From Vicinamibacterales bacterium (lineage in GTDB: Bacteria > Acidobacteriota > Vicinamibacteria > Vicinamibacterales > UBA2999): DNA of 64,000 nt. The stretch covers positions 17,229-81,228 of the forward strand of contig DATFRP010000197.1 in the NCBI GenBank assembly GCA_035263125.1, in the 5' to 3' direction. The translations under genes and the position numbers were made by a program. Below the pieces are notes generated by a model that was not told the origin of the DNA, did not search any database, and was given only the letters and a program-made list of their open reading frames with translations. Position 1 is the first letter of the stretch; each line of letters begins with the position of its first letter. Below are positions 1 to 8,915 of the stretch, piece by piece.

Positions 1-420
1 CTCCATGTCGGCGCGCGCTTCGTCGAGCATCGTCTTGACAGCTTCTTGAGGCACTAAGGCGCCGGTCGGGCGATCGCCCGCGGCGAGCGACGGCATCCCA
101 GATCCGGCCTGCGACGCTCCGCGATTGAGAAGTGCCGAGGGATCGAGCCTGCCATTCTCGCCCAATGCCGCCTGCACTTGGGCAGACAGGACCAGAAGCT
201 CGCGCCGCGCTTCCATGATGACTTGACGCACATCGCGGCGCGCTGCGGTGACGATCTCCATCGCCTCGCGTTCCGCCGCTCCCCGCACTTCGTCACGCAA
301 TCGCGCCAGCTCATCGGCCTGCGCAATCCACGCATCGCGGCGAACACGATAGCGCTCAATCAAATCGGGGACTGGCGTAGCTCGCGTCCCCTTCGCTCGC
401 GGATCATTCTGGTCTGGCAT
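1..420 (-). CDS. hypothetical charged/coiled-coil-like protein, partial (3' end beyond window edge)
   Basis: The minus-strand frame is open from ATG at 420 to position 1. It is absent from the ORF track because there is no stop in the window. My translation is MPDQNDPRAKGTRATPVPDLIERYRVRRDAWIAQADELARLRDEVRGAAEREAMEIVTAARRDVRQVIMEARRELLVLSAQVQAAL... It is protein-like with G/C-rich third positions. The listed ORFs 54..359(-) and 178..489(+) look like Arg-rich off-frame products. Confidence 0.45.
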   Translation of the reverse strand, partial: MPDQNDPRAKGTRATPVPDLIERYRVRRDAWIAQADELARLRDEVRGAAEREAMEIVTAARRDVRQVIMEARRELLVLSAQVQAALGENGRLDPSALLNRGASQAGSGMPSLAAGDRPTGALVPQEAVKTMLDEARADME

Positions 421-541
421 TGCTCTTTGGTCGGACGCTCACCCACCTCTTTCAGACGTTCTGGTCATTCGGCCCAAGCCCAGCCGTAATTCTGCGCCGG
501 GGGGTAGCGAAAGTCGAGGAGGAATAAGGGTCCAGCCTATT

Positions 542-3241
542 CTACTCGCTGCGAAACGCCACGATCGGATCAACACGCATCGCGCGAATGGCGGGGGCTG
601 CGACGGCAACAGCGGCGGTCAGGGCCAACACGAGGGGCACCATCGTGAAGGTGACCGGGTCAAGGGGCGCGACCGGATAAACGATCGTCGCCAACCATCG
701 ACTGAGGCCCGCGGCGGAGGCAAGCCCGATCACGACTCCGATCCCGGTCAGACGCGCTGCATCCCCGAAAACCAAACGCAGTACGTCACGAGCACCGGCT
801 CCGATCGCGATTCGAATCCCGAATTCACGCACCCGCTGCTGCACCGAGTACGCAAGGACGCCAAATACTCCGACCATCGCGAGTCCAAGCGCGAGAGCCG
901 CGAACGTGCCGACGAGCACGGCACGGAAGCGCTGGCGCGACATCGCCTCCCACGCAACGACGTCGATCGTTCTGATGCGTCCGAGCGGGCGATCCTTGTC
1001 TACGCGAGCGACCGCGGCACGCACTGCTGATGTCAGCGCCTCCCCCGAACCGCTCGCTGGCCTGACGATGAGCGACGACAAGTACCAGGGGTTCTGCGCG
1101 CGCGGCACGTAAATCTGCGACATCGGCGTCGTCTCCGCCGGAAAGAGCTTGACCTGTCGCGCCACGCCAACGATCTCCCGCAGTACTGGTCGCGTTGATG
1201 AAAACGACATCGCATCCACAGCGATTCTCATCCCGATCGGATCGCGGTCTCCGAGATAGCGCTGCACGAATGCCTCATTGACGATGCACACCTGCAGGCC
1301 GTCGCGACCATCGGCGCCAGTGAAGCCGCGACCTCGCACGATTGGAATATCCAACGTGCGGAAGTACGTCGGGCTCACCATGTGATAGGCGGCGAGGTCG
1401 CGTGTCGCTGCAGGCTTTGGAGGATCTCCGTCGACTGCGAATGGCATGTAGTTCCATGCGCCATCGAGCGGCACGGCACCACCCCAGGCGACACTCGCGA
1501 CGCCGGGCAATTGACCGACCTCACGCTCGACCGCGTTATAGAACTGATCGACGAGATCGGGCGTCCCATAGCGGCTCGGCGCGTTTGGATTCGGCATCGG
1601 CAGATTGATCGTCGTCGTCAGCACGTTCCTCGCGTGGTACCCGGGATCCATGGACTGCAGCGCGACCCACGTGCGCAGCAGGAGCCCGGCGCCTGCCAGC
1701 ACGATCACGGCGGCGGCCACCTCCGCGACGACGAGGACGCCTCGGAACCGTCCGCCGCGTGTCGTTGTTCGGTGGTCGATCGCGATCGCGTGTGCGACCG
1801 TCGCTCCCGTCGGCTGCCATGCCGGAGCAAGCCCGAACAGAACCCCGATGACGAGCGACGTGATCGCGCAGAAACCGATCACACGACCATCGAACGTGAG
1901 CATGACCGCACTCGGCAACAAGCCCGGCGGAACGACGGACGGTGCGGCGCGCAGAATCGCATAGCCGACGCCAACGCCGAAGAGGCCGCCCATTGCCGCG
2001 AGCACGAGGCTCTCGGTGAGCAGTTGCCGCGCCACACGACGACGCGTCGCCCCGAGGGCCGAGCGCACGGCGATCTCACGAGCCCTGGCTGATGTGCGCG
2101 CGAGCAGCAGGTTCGCGACGTTGGCGCAGCACATCAACAGCACGAAGCCAACGACGCCGAGCAGCAGGATCGAGGTGAGGCGCATCTCCGATCCGACGAG
2201 CGCATCACGCAACGGCTGCAGCACTACGCCGTGTCCTTTGTTGGTCGACGGGTAGAGCTCCTCGTTCCGTGCGGCGATCGCAGCGACATCGCGCTGTGCG
2301 GTGTCCATGGAGACGGCGTCGCGGATTCGACCGACGACGAACAGGTAATGTGCGCCTCGAAGAAACGGGCCCTGCGCGCGTGTCGGGTTGAAGAGCGTCC
2401 ACACGCTCGGCGCCGAGATCGTGGAGTTCTGACTCATGCTGGCAGGGACGACCTGAAATCGACTTGGGACGATGCCGATCACGGTCTGCAACCGGCCGCC
2501 GAGTGTAATCGGGCGACCGATGAGTGTCGGGTCGGCACCAAACCGATCCCTCCAGAACGCTTCGCTGAGCACGACGACGCCCGTGCCGTCGTCCGATCGC
2601 CGGAACGTACGCCCCGCCACTGGCGTCACGCCGAGCACCTCGAAGAATCGCGCCGTCACCGATTGCGACGACACCAGCTCGGTCGTTCCATCGACGCCGG
2701 CCAGCCCCACCGGGCCGACATATGAGAAGGCTGCCATCGCGTCGAAGGTGCGATTCTGCTCGGCCCAATCCTTGAAATCGAGCGGCGTTGTCTGAATGAG
2801 AAGGCCGTTATTGGGCTCCCACAACATCACCAGTCGGCTGGCCGGTGACGTAAACGGCAGCGGACGCAGGAACGTCGCGTCGGCGAGCGCGAAGATGGCG
2901 CTGTTGCCGCCGATGCCGAGCGTGAGCGTCAACACCGCCACCCCGGTGAATGCCGGTGACACGCGCATCTGGCGGAACGCACCGGTCACATCGTCGCGAA
3001 CCTCTTCGAGCCATCGAGTGATACGCATCTCACGTTCTCGCTTTCTGCCAAGGTCGATGCACGTGCGTTTGAGGCGAGTGACATCGCCGACCCGCGCGAG
3101 GACGATCTCGCGAGCCGTTTGTGGATCGACGCCGCGCTCGATCAGTTCGCGTGTCCGCATCTCGATGTGGAAGCCGATCTCCTCGTCCACCTCTTGATCG
3201 AGCGGCACACTCCAGAGCCACGAACGCAAGGACCGTTTCAT
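542..3241 (-). CDS. ADOP-family duplicated MacB/FtsX-like permease, array copy 1
   Basis: ORF 542..3268. I place the start at ATG 3241 (MKRSLRSWLW), where all paralogues begin; the track start is a TTG inside the upstream hairpin. Architecture: about 77-aa conserved prefix (EVDEEIGFHIEMRTRELIERGVDP), TM helix, large extracytoplasmic domain, three TM helices (LLMCCANVANLLLARTSARAREIAVRSALGA), then the same module again. It ends VDPIVAFRSE. Confidence 0.9.
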   Translation of the reverse strand: MKRSLRSWLWSVPLDQEVDEEIGFHIEMRTRELIERGVDPQTAREIVLARVGDVTRLKRTCIDLGRKREREMRITRWLEEVRDDVTGAFRQMRVSPAFTGVAVLTLTLGIGGNSAIFALADATFLRPLPFTSPASRLVMLWEPNNGLLIQTTPLDFKDWAEQNRTFDAMAAFSYVGPVGLAGVDGTTELVSSQSVTARFFEVLGVTPVAGRTFRRSDDGTGVVVLSEAFWRDRFGADPTLIGRPITLGGRLQTVIGIVPSRFQVVPASMSQNSTISAPSVWTLFNPTRAQGPFLRGAHYLFVVGRIRDAVSMDTAQRDVAAIAARNEELYPSTNKGHGVVLQPLRDALVGSEMRLTSILLLGVVGFVLLMCCANVANLLLARTSARAREIAVRSALGATRRRVARQLLTESLVLAAMGGLFGVGVGYAILRAAPSVVPPGLLPSAVMLTFDGRVIGFCAITSLVIGVLFGLAPAWQPTGATVAHAIAIDHRTTTRGGRFRGVLVVAEVAAAVIVLAGAGLLLRTWVALQSMDPGYHARNVLTTTINLPMPNPNAPSRYGTPDLVDQFYNAVEREVGQLPGVASVAWGGAVPLDGAWNYMPFAVDGDPPKPAATRDLAAYHMVSPTYFRTLDIPIVRGRGFTGADGRDGLQVCIVNEAFVQRYLGDRDPIGMRIAVDAMSFSSTRPVLREIVGVARQVKLFPAETTPMSQIYVPRAQNPWYLSSLIVRPASGSGEALTSAVRAAVARVDKDRPLGRIRTIDVVAWEAMSRQRFRAVLVGTFAALALGLAMVGVFGVLAYSVQQRVREFGIRIAIGAGARDVLRLVFGDAARLTGIGVVIGLASAAGLSRWLATIVYPVAPLDPVTFTMVPLVLALTAAVAVAAPAIRAMRVDPIVAFRSE

Positions 3242-3257
3242 ATCGACCCACCACGAC

Positions 3258-3327
3258 GCCGGATCCAAGAGCAGGACCCGGCCTACACTGTCGCCCGTCG
3301 CAGGGCCGGCTGAAGCCGGCCCCTACG
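3258..3327. repeat. two REP-like hairpins in the copy1/copy2 spacer
   Basis: First: GCCGGATCC-aagagca-GGACCCGGC followed by CTACAC (3258..3290, one mismatch). Second: GGGCCGGC-tgaa-GCCGGCCC followed by CTACG (3303..3327, perfect 8-bp stem). Confidence 0.6.
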
Positions 3328-3332
3328 AGCGT

Positions 3333-6002
3333 CTATTCGCTCCGAAACGCCTCGACCGGATCGACGCGTGCGGCGCGTATTGCGGGCGCCGCCATCGCGA
3401 CGATCGCTGTCACGATCAGAACGAGGGTCACGGCTCCGAAGGTCACTGGATCGACCGGGCGGACGCCGAACAGAAACGCGCTGACGGTCTGACCAAGTGC
3501 GGCTGCGGACACGAGACCGATGAAGACGCCGGCGGCGATCACACGTGTGGCGCCGTTCAAGACCAGACTCAACACGTCGACTGGACGAGCACCCAGCGCG
3601 ATACGCACCCCAAACTCGCGGCTCCGCTGTTCGACCGTGTACGCCAGCACGCCAAACACCCCTACCATCGCCAACACCAGTGCGAGTACGGCAAACGTCA
3701 CCACCATCACGGCGCGGAATCGGGGGCGCGTCGTCGCCTCTCGGGCAACGTCATCGAGAGTCCTGACGAGCGTCGTGGGGACGCCTCGATTCACACGTGC
3801 CACTGCCGCCCTGATCGCCGGCACGAGCGCGTCGCCGCGTCCACCGGCCGGCCGCACTGCCAGTGCGGCGAAGCTCCACGGGTTCTGCGCCATCGGGACA
3901 TACACCTGCGGTGTCTCGACGACCTCGGTGGGCGTACCCTTCACCTGACGCACGACGCCGACGATCTCCCGCACGATCGGCGCCGCCGGCCCGAGTTGCA
4001 TCGGCTTGATCGCGATCCGTGTGCCGACGGGATTTCTCCCTTGCAGGTAGCGGTGGAGCAGGCCCTCACTGACCAGACACACTGGAACGCTCGCGGCGCT
4101 GTCCTGCGTCGTGAATCCGCGTCCTGCGATGACAGGCACGTCGATCGTCTGCAGATAGGTGGGCGTCACGAGCTGGTAGTCGGCGATCGGACGATCCGTC
4201 GGGTTTGCGTTCCCCTCTCCGACGATGTCGAAGCCGAATCCGCCGAGCGCGGGTCCCTCGAGCGGCAGCCCGCTCGACCAGCCGACACTTCTCACGCCCG
4301 GCACCGCGGCCACCTCCCGCTCGACGGCATCGAAGAATCGCCGCAGCGCGTCGGCGTCGGGAAACTGCGACGTCGGCAGTCCGTATCCCAGGTTGACGCG
4401 TATCGTGACCACGCTCTCGGCCCGGTATCCGGCATCGACGTTGTCGAGCGTGATGAGCGTACGAAGGAGCAGGCCTGCGCCGCACAACAGCAGTACGGCG
4501 GCCGCGATCTCGCCGATCACCAGAAGGCTGCGAAGTCGTCCTGCACCTCTGGTCGTCGTACGACTCTCGGCCGACGTCGCCTGAATGAGCGAGATCCCGC
4601 TCGCCTGCCACGCCGGAGCCAGACCGAAGAGAAGGCCGACGACGCCCGCGGTCACACCGCAGAACAGCGCGACGCGCGCATCGAACGCGAGGGTCACCGC
4701 CAACGGAAGCACGCCGGCGGGAATCACGCTGGGCGCGGTCTTCAGGATCGCCGCGCCGACCGCCAACCCGAGCACGCCTCCGATGGCAGCGAGAACGAGG
4801 CTCTCCGTGAGAATCTGCGCGACGATGCGGCGACGCCCGGCGCCGAGTGCGGCACGCACGGCGATCTCGCGTGCACGGCCGCTCGCACGAGCGAGCAGCA
4901 GATTGGCGACGTTCGCGCAGCACATCAGCAGTACGAATCCGACCACGGCGAGGAACAGCAACGAGGTGAGGCGCATCTCCCGTCCGATCACACTGCTCCG
5001 CATCGGCTCCACAGTGACGCCGCGGTCCTTGTTGGTCGCCGGGAACTCGCGCGCGAGCGACTCGGCGATCGTCGTCATGTCGTTCTGCGCCGCGTCGAGC
5101 GTGACGCCGGGTTTGAGTCGTCCGATGCCGCGAAAGAAGTGGAGACCTCTCGTGTCCATGCCTGGCAGATCCGCAAACAGCGTCCAGAGACGGGCGGCGC
5201 CGCCGGCACTCTGCGCCTCCGCGGGAACGATGCCGAGGATGGTGAACGGAAATTCGTCGAGTTGAACCGTTCGCCCGACCACGCCTGGATCGGCGCCGAA
5301 CCGCGTCCGCCAGAGTCCCTCGCTCATCACCGCCGCGTTCGGCGGCATCGCGACATCGCTCGGCCGAAACGTCCGCCCGAGGATCGGCTTGACGCCCAGC
5401 ACGTCGAAGTACTGAGTAGTGACCTGCATCGCAGGAATCATTTCGACAGTGCCGTCGCCGGCAGCCATTCGCCGTGGGAAGCCAAGACCTCCCGCGATCG
5501 ATTGGAACGTGCGATTGCGTTCGATCCAATCACGAAGATTCGCCGATGAGACGGCCACGTGCGGGAATGCCTTGAATCGCTCCCATACGACCGTCAGTCG
5601 ATCCTGATCGGGAAAGGGCAGCGGCCGCAGCAGCGCGGCGTCGACGAGCGCGAACATCGCGCTGTTGGCGCCGATACCGAGCGCCAGCGTGATCACTGCG
5701 ACCAGAGTGAAGCCCGGCGAGGCTTTCAACTGCCTGACCGCAAACTTCACGTCGTCTCTGAGCTCACTGAGCCACTGTGTGATGCGCATCTCACGATCCC
5801 GCTTTCTGCCAAGGTCGACGCACGTGCGTTTGAGGCGCGTGACGTCGCCGAGTCGCGCCAGCACGATGTCGCGCGCCGTTTTTGGATCGACGCCGTGCTC
5901 GATCAACTCGCGCGTCCGCATCTCGATGTGGAAGGTGATCTCTTCGTCCACCTCCTGGCGAATCGGCACGCGCCAGAGCCACGAACGGAGTGAGCGCTTC
6001 AT
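3333..6002 (-). CDS. ADOP-family duplicated MacB/FtsX-like permease, array copy 2
   Basis: 889-aa ORF starting MKRSLRSWLWRVPIRQEVDEEITFHIEMRTRELIEHGVDP. It has the same two-module FtsX architecture (LLMCCANVANLLLARASGRAREIAVRAALGA) and ends VDPVEAFRSE. It is closest by eye to copy 6. Confidence 0.92.
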   Translation of the reverse strand: MKRSLRSWLWRVPIRQEVDEEITFHIEMRTRELIEHGVDPKTARDIVLARLGDVTRLKRTCVDLGRKRDREMRITQWLSELRDDVKFAVRQLKASPGFTLVAVITLALGIGANSAMFALVDAALLRPLPFPDQDRLTVVWERFKAFPHVAVSSANLRDWIERNRTFQSIAGGLGFPRRMAAGDGTVEMIPAMQVTTQYFDVLGVKPILGRTFRPSDVAMPPNAAVMSEGLWRTRFGADPGVVGRTVQLDEFPFTILGIVPAEAQSAGGAARLWTLFADLPGMDTRGLHFFRGIGRLKPGVTLDAAQNDMTTIAESLAREFPATNKDRGVTVEPMRSSVIGREMRLTSLLFLAVVGFVLLMCCANVANLLLARASGRAREIAVRAALGAGRRRIVAQILTESLVLAAIGGVLGLAVGAAILKTAPSVIPAGVLPLAVTLAFDARVALFCGVTAGVVGLLFGLAPAWQASGISLIQATSAESRTTTRGAGRLRSLLVIGEIAAAVLLLCGAGLLLRTLITLDNVDAGYRAESVVTIRVNLGYGLPTSQFPDADALRRFFDAVEREVAAVPGVRSVGWSSGLPLEGPALGGFGFDIVGEGNANPTDRPIADYQLVTPTYLQTIDVPVIAGRGFTTQDSAASVPVCLVSEGLLHRYLQGRNPVGTRIAIKPMQLGPAAPIVREIVGVVRQVKGTPTEVVETPQVYVPMAQNPWSFAALAVRPAGGRGDALVPAIRAAVARVNRGVPTTLVRTLDDVAREATTRPRFRAVMVVTFAVLALVLAMVGVFGVLAYTVEQRSREFGVRIALGARPVDVLSLVLNGATRVIAAGVFIGLVSAAALGQTVSAFLFGVRPVDPVTFGAVTLVLIVTAIVAMAAPAIRAARVDPVEAFRSE

Positions 6003-6032
6003 TCGATTGCTCGCCTGCAGGAAACCGAGAGT

Positions 6033-6128
6033 ACGGAGGAAACCGATAAACAGGAGAAACGAAACGGAGCTCTTTTGAACAAAATGTTCTCCGCTGCTCC
6101 GTTTCTCCTGTTAATCCGTTTTCTCCGT
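6033..6128. repeat. long imperfect inverted repeat, AT-richer than its context, in the copy2/copy3 spacer
   Basis: The left arm is 6033..6070 (acggaggaaaccgataaacaggagaaacgaaacggagc). The right arm is 6096..6128; its reverse complement is acggagaaaacggattaacaggagaaacggagc. 30 of 33 positions match, with a 5-nt bulge. The loop contains the palindrome GAACAaaaTGTTC. ACGGAG/CTCCGT units are iterated. Confidence 0.6.
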
Positions 6129-6149
6129 CATCTCCGTTACCTGCTCAAC

Positions 6150-8858
6150 CTATTCGCTCCGAAACGCTTCCACGGGATCGGCACGCGCCGCGCGCCAGGC
6201 GGGCGCAGCAACCGCGATCGCGGCGGTGATGATCAGCACCAGCGGGACGGCCGCGAACGTCACCGGATCGAGCGGCGCAATCGGATACACGAGCGTGCTG
6301 ATCCACCGGGTGAGCACCGCCGCGGCGATCAATCCGATGGCGAGCCCGATCGCTGTCAGCCGCGCGGCACTGCCAAACACGAGGCGCGCGACGTCACGCG
6401 CGCCGGCCCCCAGTGCGATGCGAACGCCGAACTCGCGCATGCGCGCCTGCACCGAGTACGCCAGCATGCCGAACACCCCGACCATCGCGAGCATCAGCGC
6501 GAGCGCGGCAAACGTACCAACGAGTACTGCCCGGAATCGCGGGCGTGCCGTCGCCTCAGCGGCGACGACGTCGATCGTCCTCACTCGCGAGACCGCCTGC
6601 TCTTCGTCCACGCGGGCGATCGCCGCGCGCACCGACGGCAGCAGTGCGGCAGCAGGTCCGCTCGAGGGACGGACGATGATCGTCGCCATGTACCAGGCGT
6701 TCTGCGCGACTGGTACGTAGAGCTGCGGCACCGGGTCGGGCTCAGTTGGAGCCACCTTCACCTGCCGCGCCACCCCGACGATCTCCCGGACCGGTGGCGC
6801 CATCGCCGCGAGCGCGGGATTGCCGGCGAACAGGATGCGAGGAACCGCGAGCCGCATACCGATCGGGTCACGGCCACCGAGATACCGGCGCACGAACGCT
6901 TCGCTGACGATGCACACCTGCATGCCGTCGCTGATGTCGGTGTCGGCGAACGCGCGCCCTTTGACGATCGGAATGTCCAGCGTCTCGAAGTACGAGGGGC
7001 TCACCATCTGATACACGGCGGTGTCACGTGCCGCCGGAGGCTTGGGCTGGTCGCCGTCGATGTCGAATGCCTGACCGAACCAGGCGCCGTCGAGCGGCAG
7101 CGAGCTGCCGATGGCGACGCGGCGCACACCCGGCTCGCGGCTCACTTCTTCTTCGATCGCGTCGTAGAAGCGCTTCAGCGACTCGGGTGTCGCGTAACGA
7201 CTCAGGCCGCCCGGGCCCGGCATCGGCAGAGTAACCAGCATCGTCAGCACGGCCTGTGCGCGATAGCCGGCATCCATGTGCTGCAGGGCGATCAGCGTGC
7301 GCAGCAGCAGGACCGCTCCACTCAAAACGAGTACGGCCGCGGCCACTTCGGCGACGACGAGCGCGTGTCTGAACGTTCCACCGCGCGTTGTCGTCCGGCT
7401 GTCCCTTGCGATGGTCTGCATCATCGAACATCCGATGGACTGCCAGGCGGGAGCGAGGCCGAACACCAGGCCAACCGCGAACGCTGTGACGGCGCAGAAC
7501 GCAATCACGCGCGCATCGAACGACAGCGCAACTGCGCCAGGCAGTACGCCGGGCGGTACGAGAGACGGCGCGGAACGAAGAATCGCCCAGCCAACCGCCA
7601 GCGACAGGACTCCCCCGAGCGTGGAGAGCACGAGGCTTTCCGTCAGCAGTTGCGCGAAGATGCGGCGGCGCGTCGCGCCCAGTGCCGCACGCACGGCCAG
7701 CTCGCGAGTCCGCGCCGACGTGCGGGCCAGCAGCAGGTTCGCCACGTTGGCACAGCACATCAACAGCACGAAGCCGACGACGCCGAGCAGCAGCATCGAC
7801 GTCAGCCGCATTTCGGATCCGATGAGTGCTTCGCGCATCGGCTGCAGCGTAGGGTCGTGCCCCTTGTTGGTATCGGGGAACAGCTCCGCGTTACGGCTGC
7901 CGATCGCGGTCATGTCACGCTGCGCAGCGTCGAACGAGAGACCGGGCTTGATGCGACCGATCACACGAAGGATGTGCGAGCGCCGCATCGACACACCCTC
8001 ACGAGCAGGCTCGTTGAACAACCACAGGCCGGTTGGCGTGTTGGTCGAGTTGAGGGCGGGAAGAACCTGGAACTCGTTCGGCACGATACCGATCACTGTG
8101 GTGGCGCGTCCACCGATGACGATCGATCGCCCGACGATCGTCCGATCGGCGCCAAACCGTCGTCGCCACAAACCTTCGTTGAGGACGACGACGTTTGGAG
8201 TGGCGGCATCGGATGGCAGAAACGTACGACCCGCGATCGGCGTCACGCCGAGCACGTCGAAGAACCGTGCGGTCACCGCCTGCGCGCTGATCTGCTCGGG
8301 TGCACTGTCGGGAGCATTCAGCGTCACGAGCGCACCGCTGAGTGCGGCCATGGCGTCGAACGTTCGGTTCTGATCGGCCCAGTCGTTGAAGTCGAGCGGC
8401 GTGACCGGTGAGAGAAACCCGTTCGGGTATCGCTCCCAGATCATCACCAGCCGATCCTGTGGCTGCGTGAACGGCAGCGGCCGCAGGAACGTGGCATCCG
8501 CGAGCGCAAAGATCGCGCTGTTGGCGCCGATGCCGAGCGCAAGGGTCAGGGCCGCCACCATCGTGAACGCTGGCGACGCTTGCATCTGGCGCAACGCGCA
8601 GAGGACATCGTCACGGAATTCTTCACACCACTGCGTGATACGCATCTCACGATCTCGCTGTCTGCCAAGGTCGACACATGTCCGCTTCAACCGGCTGAGA
8701 TCGCCGAGCCGTGCCAGCACGATCTCGCGCGCGGTCGTTGGATCGACGCCGCGCTCGACCAACTCGCGCGTCCGCATCTCGATGTGGAACGCGATCTCGT
8801 CGTCCACCTCTTGATCGAGCGGCACACGCCACAGCCAGGAACGTAAGGACTGCTTCAT
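6150..8858 (-). CDS. ADOP-family duplicated MacB/FtsX-like permease, array copy 3
   Basis: 902-aa ORF starting MKQSLRSWLWRVPLDQEVDDEIAFHIEMRTRELVERGVDP, with the same architecture. It ends ADPVEAFRSE. It is closest by eye to copy 1. Confidence 0.92.
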   Translation of the reverse strand: MKQSLRSWLWRVPLDQEVDDEIAFHIEMRTRELVERGVDPTTAREIVLARLGDLSRLKRTCVDLGRQRDREMRITQWCEEFRDDVLCALRQMQASPAFTMVAALTLALGIGANSAIFALADATFLRPLPFTQPQDRLVMIWERYPNGFLSPVTPLDFNDWADQNRTFDAMAALSGALVTLNAPDSAPEQISAQAVTARFFDVLGVTPIAGRTFLPSDAATPNVVVLNEGLWRRRFGADRTIVGRSIVIGGRATTVIGIVPNEFQVLPALNSTNTPTGLWLFNEPAREGVSMRRSHILRVIGRIKPGLSFDAAQRDMTAIGSRNAELFPDTNKGHDPTLQPMREALIGSEMRLTSMLLLGVVGFVLLMCCANVANLLLARTSARTRELAVRAALGATRRRIFAQLLTESLVLSTLGGVLSLAVGWAILRSAPSLVPPGVLPGAVALSFDARVIAFCAVTAFAVGLVFGLAPAWQSIGCSMMQTIARDSRTTTRGGTFRHALVVAEVAAAVLVLSGAVLLLRTLIALQHMDAGYRAQAVLTMLVTLPMPGPGGLSRYATPESLKRFYDAIEEEVSREPGVRRVAIGSSLPLDGAWFGQAFDIDGDQPKPPAARDTAVYQMVSPSYFETLDIPIVKGRAFADTDISDGMQVCIVSEAFVRRYLGGRDPIGMRLAVPRILFAGNPALAAMAPPVREIVGVARQVKVAPTEPDPVPQLYVPVAQNAWYMATIIVRPSSGPAAALLPSVRAAIARVDEEQAVSRVRTIDVVAAEATARPRFRAVLVGTFAALALMLAMVGVFGMLAYSVQARMREFGVRIALGAGARDVARLVFGSAARLTAIGLAIGLIAAAVLTRWISTLVYPIAPLDPVTFAAVPLVLIITAAIAVAAPAWRAARADPVEAFRSE

Positions 8859-8875
8859 ATCGACCCGCCGCGAAC

Positions 8876-8909
8876 GCCGGGTCCAAAAGGCAGGACCCGG
8901 CCTACACTG
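8876..8909 (-). repeat. REP-like hairpin in the copy3/copy4 spacer
   Basis: GCCGGGTCC-aaaaggca-GGACCCGGC (perfect 9-bp stem) followed by CTACACTG. This is the same subtype as 3258..3290. Confidence 0.6.
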
Positions 8910-8915
8910 CCGCTG

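Noticed and set aside
809-820. GATTCGAATCCC resembles a tRNA T-arm.
   Set aside because: It lies inside the permease coding sequence, in the conserved ...FGIRIAIG... region read on the other strand. No acceptor or anticodon arms can be built around it. No tRNA is called anywhere in the window.
6075-8411. 778-aa plus-strand ORF covering almost all of permease copy 3. Similar long antisense ORFs lie at 3996..5549, 4066..5529, 9943..10764, 10819..12072, 12732..13532 and 14308..16359.
   Set aside because: The products are dominated by Arg, Asp, His, Gly and Pro, with no hydrophobic-core pattern. They lie antisense or out of frame to strongly supported permease genes. Such stop-free alternative frames are expected in DNA this GC-rich.
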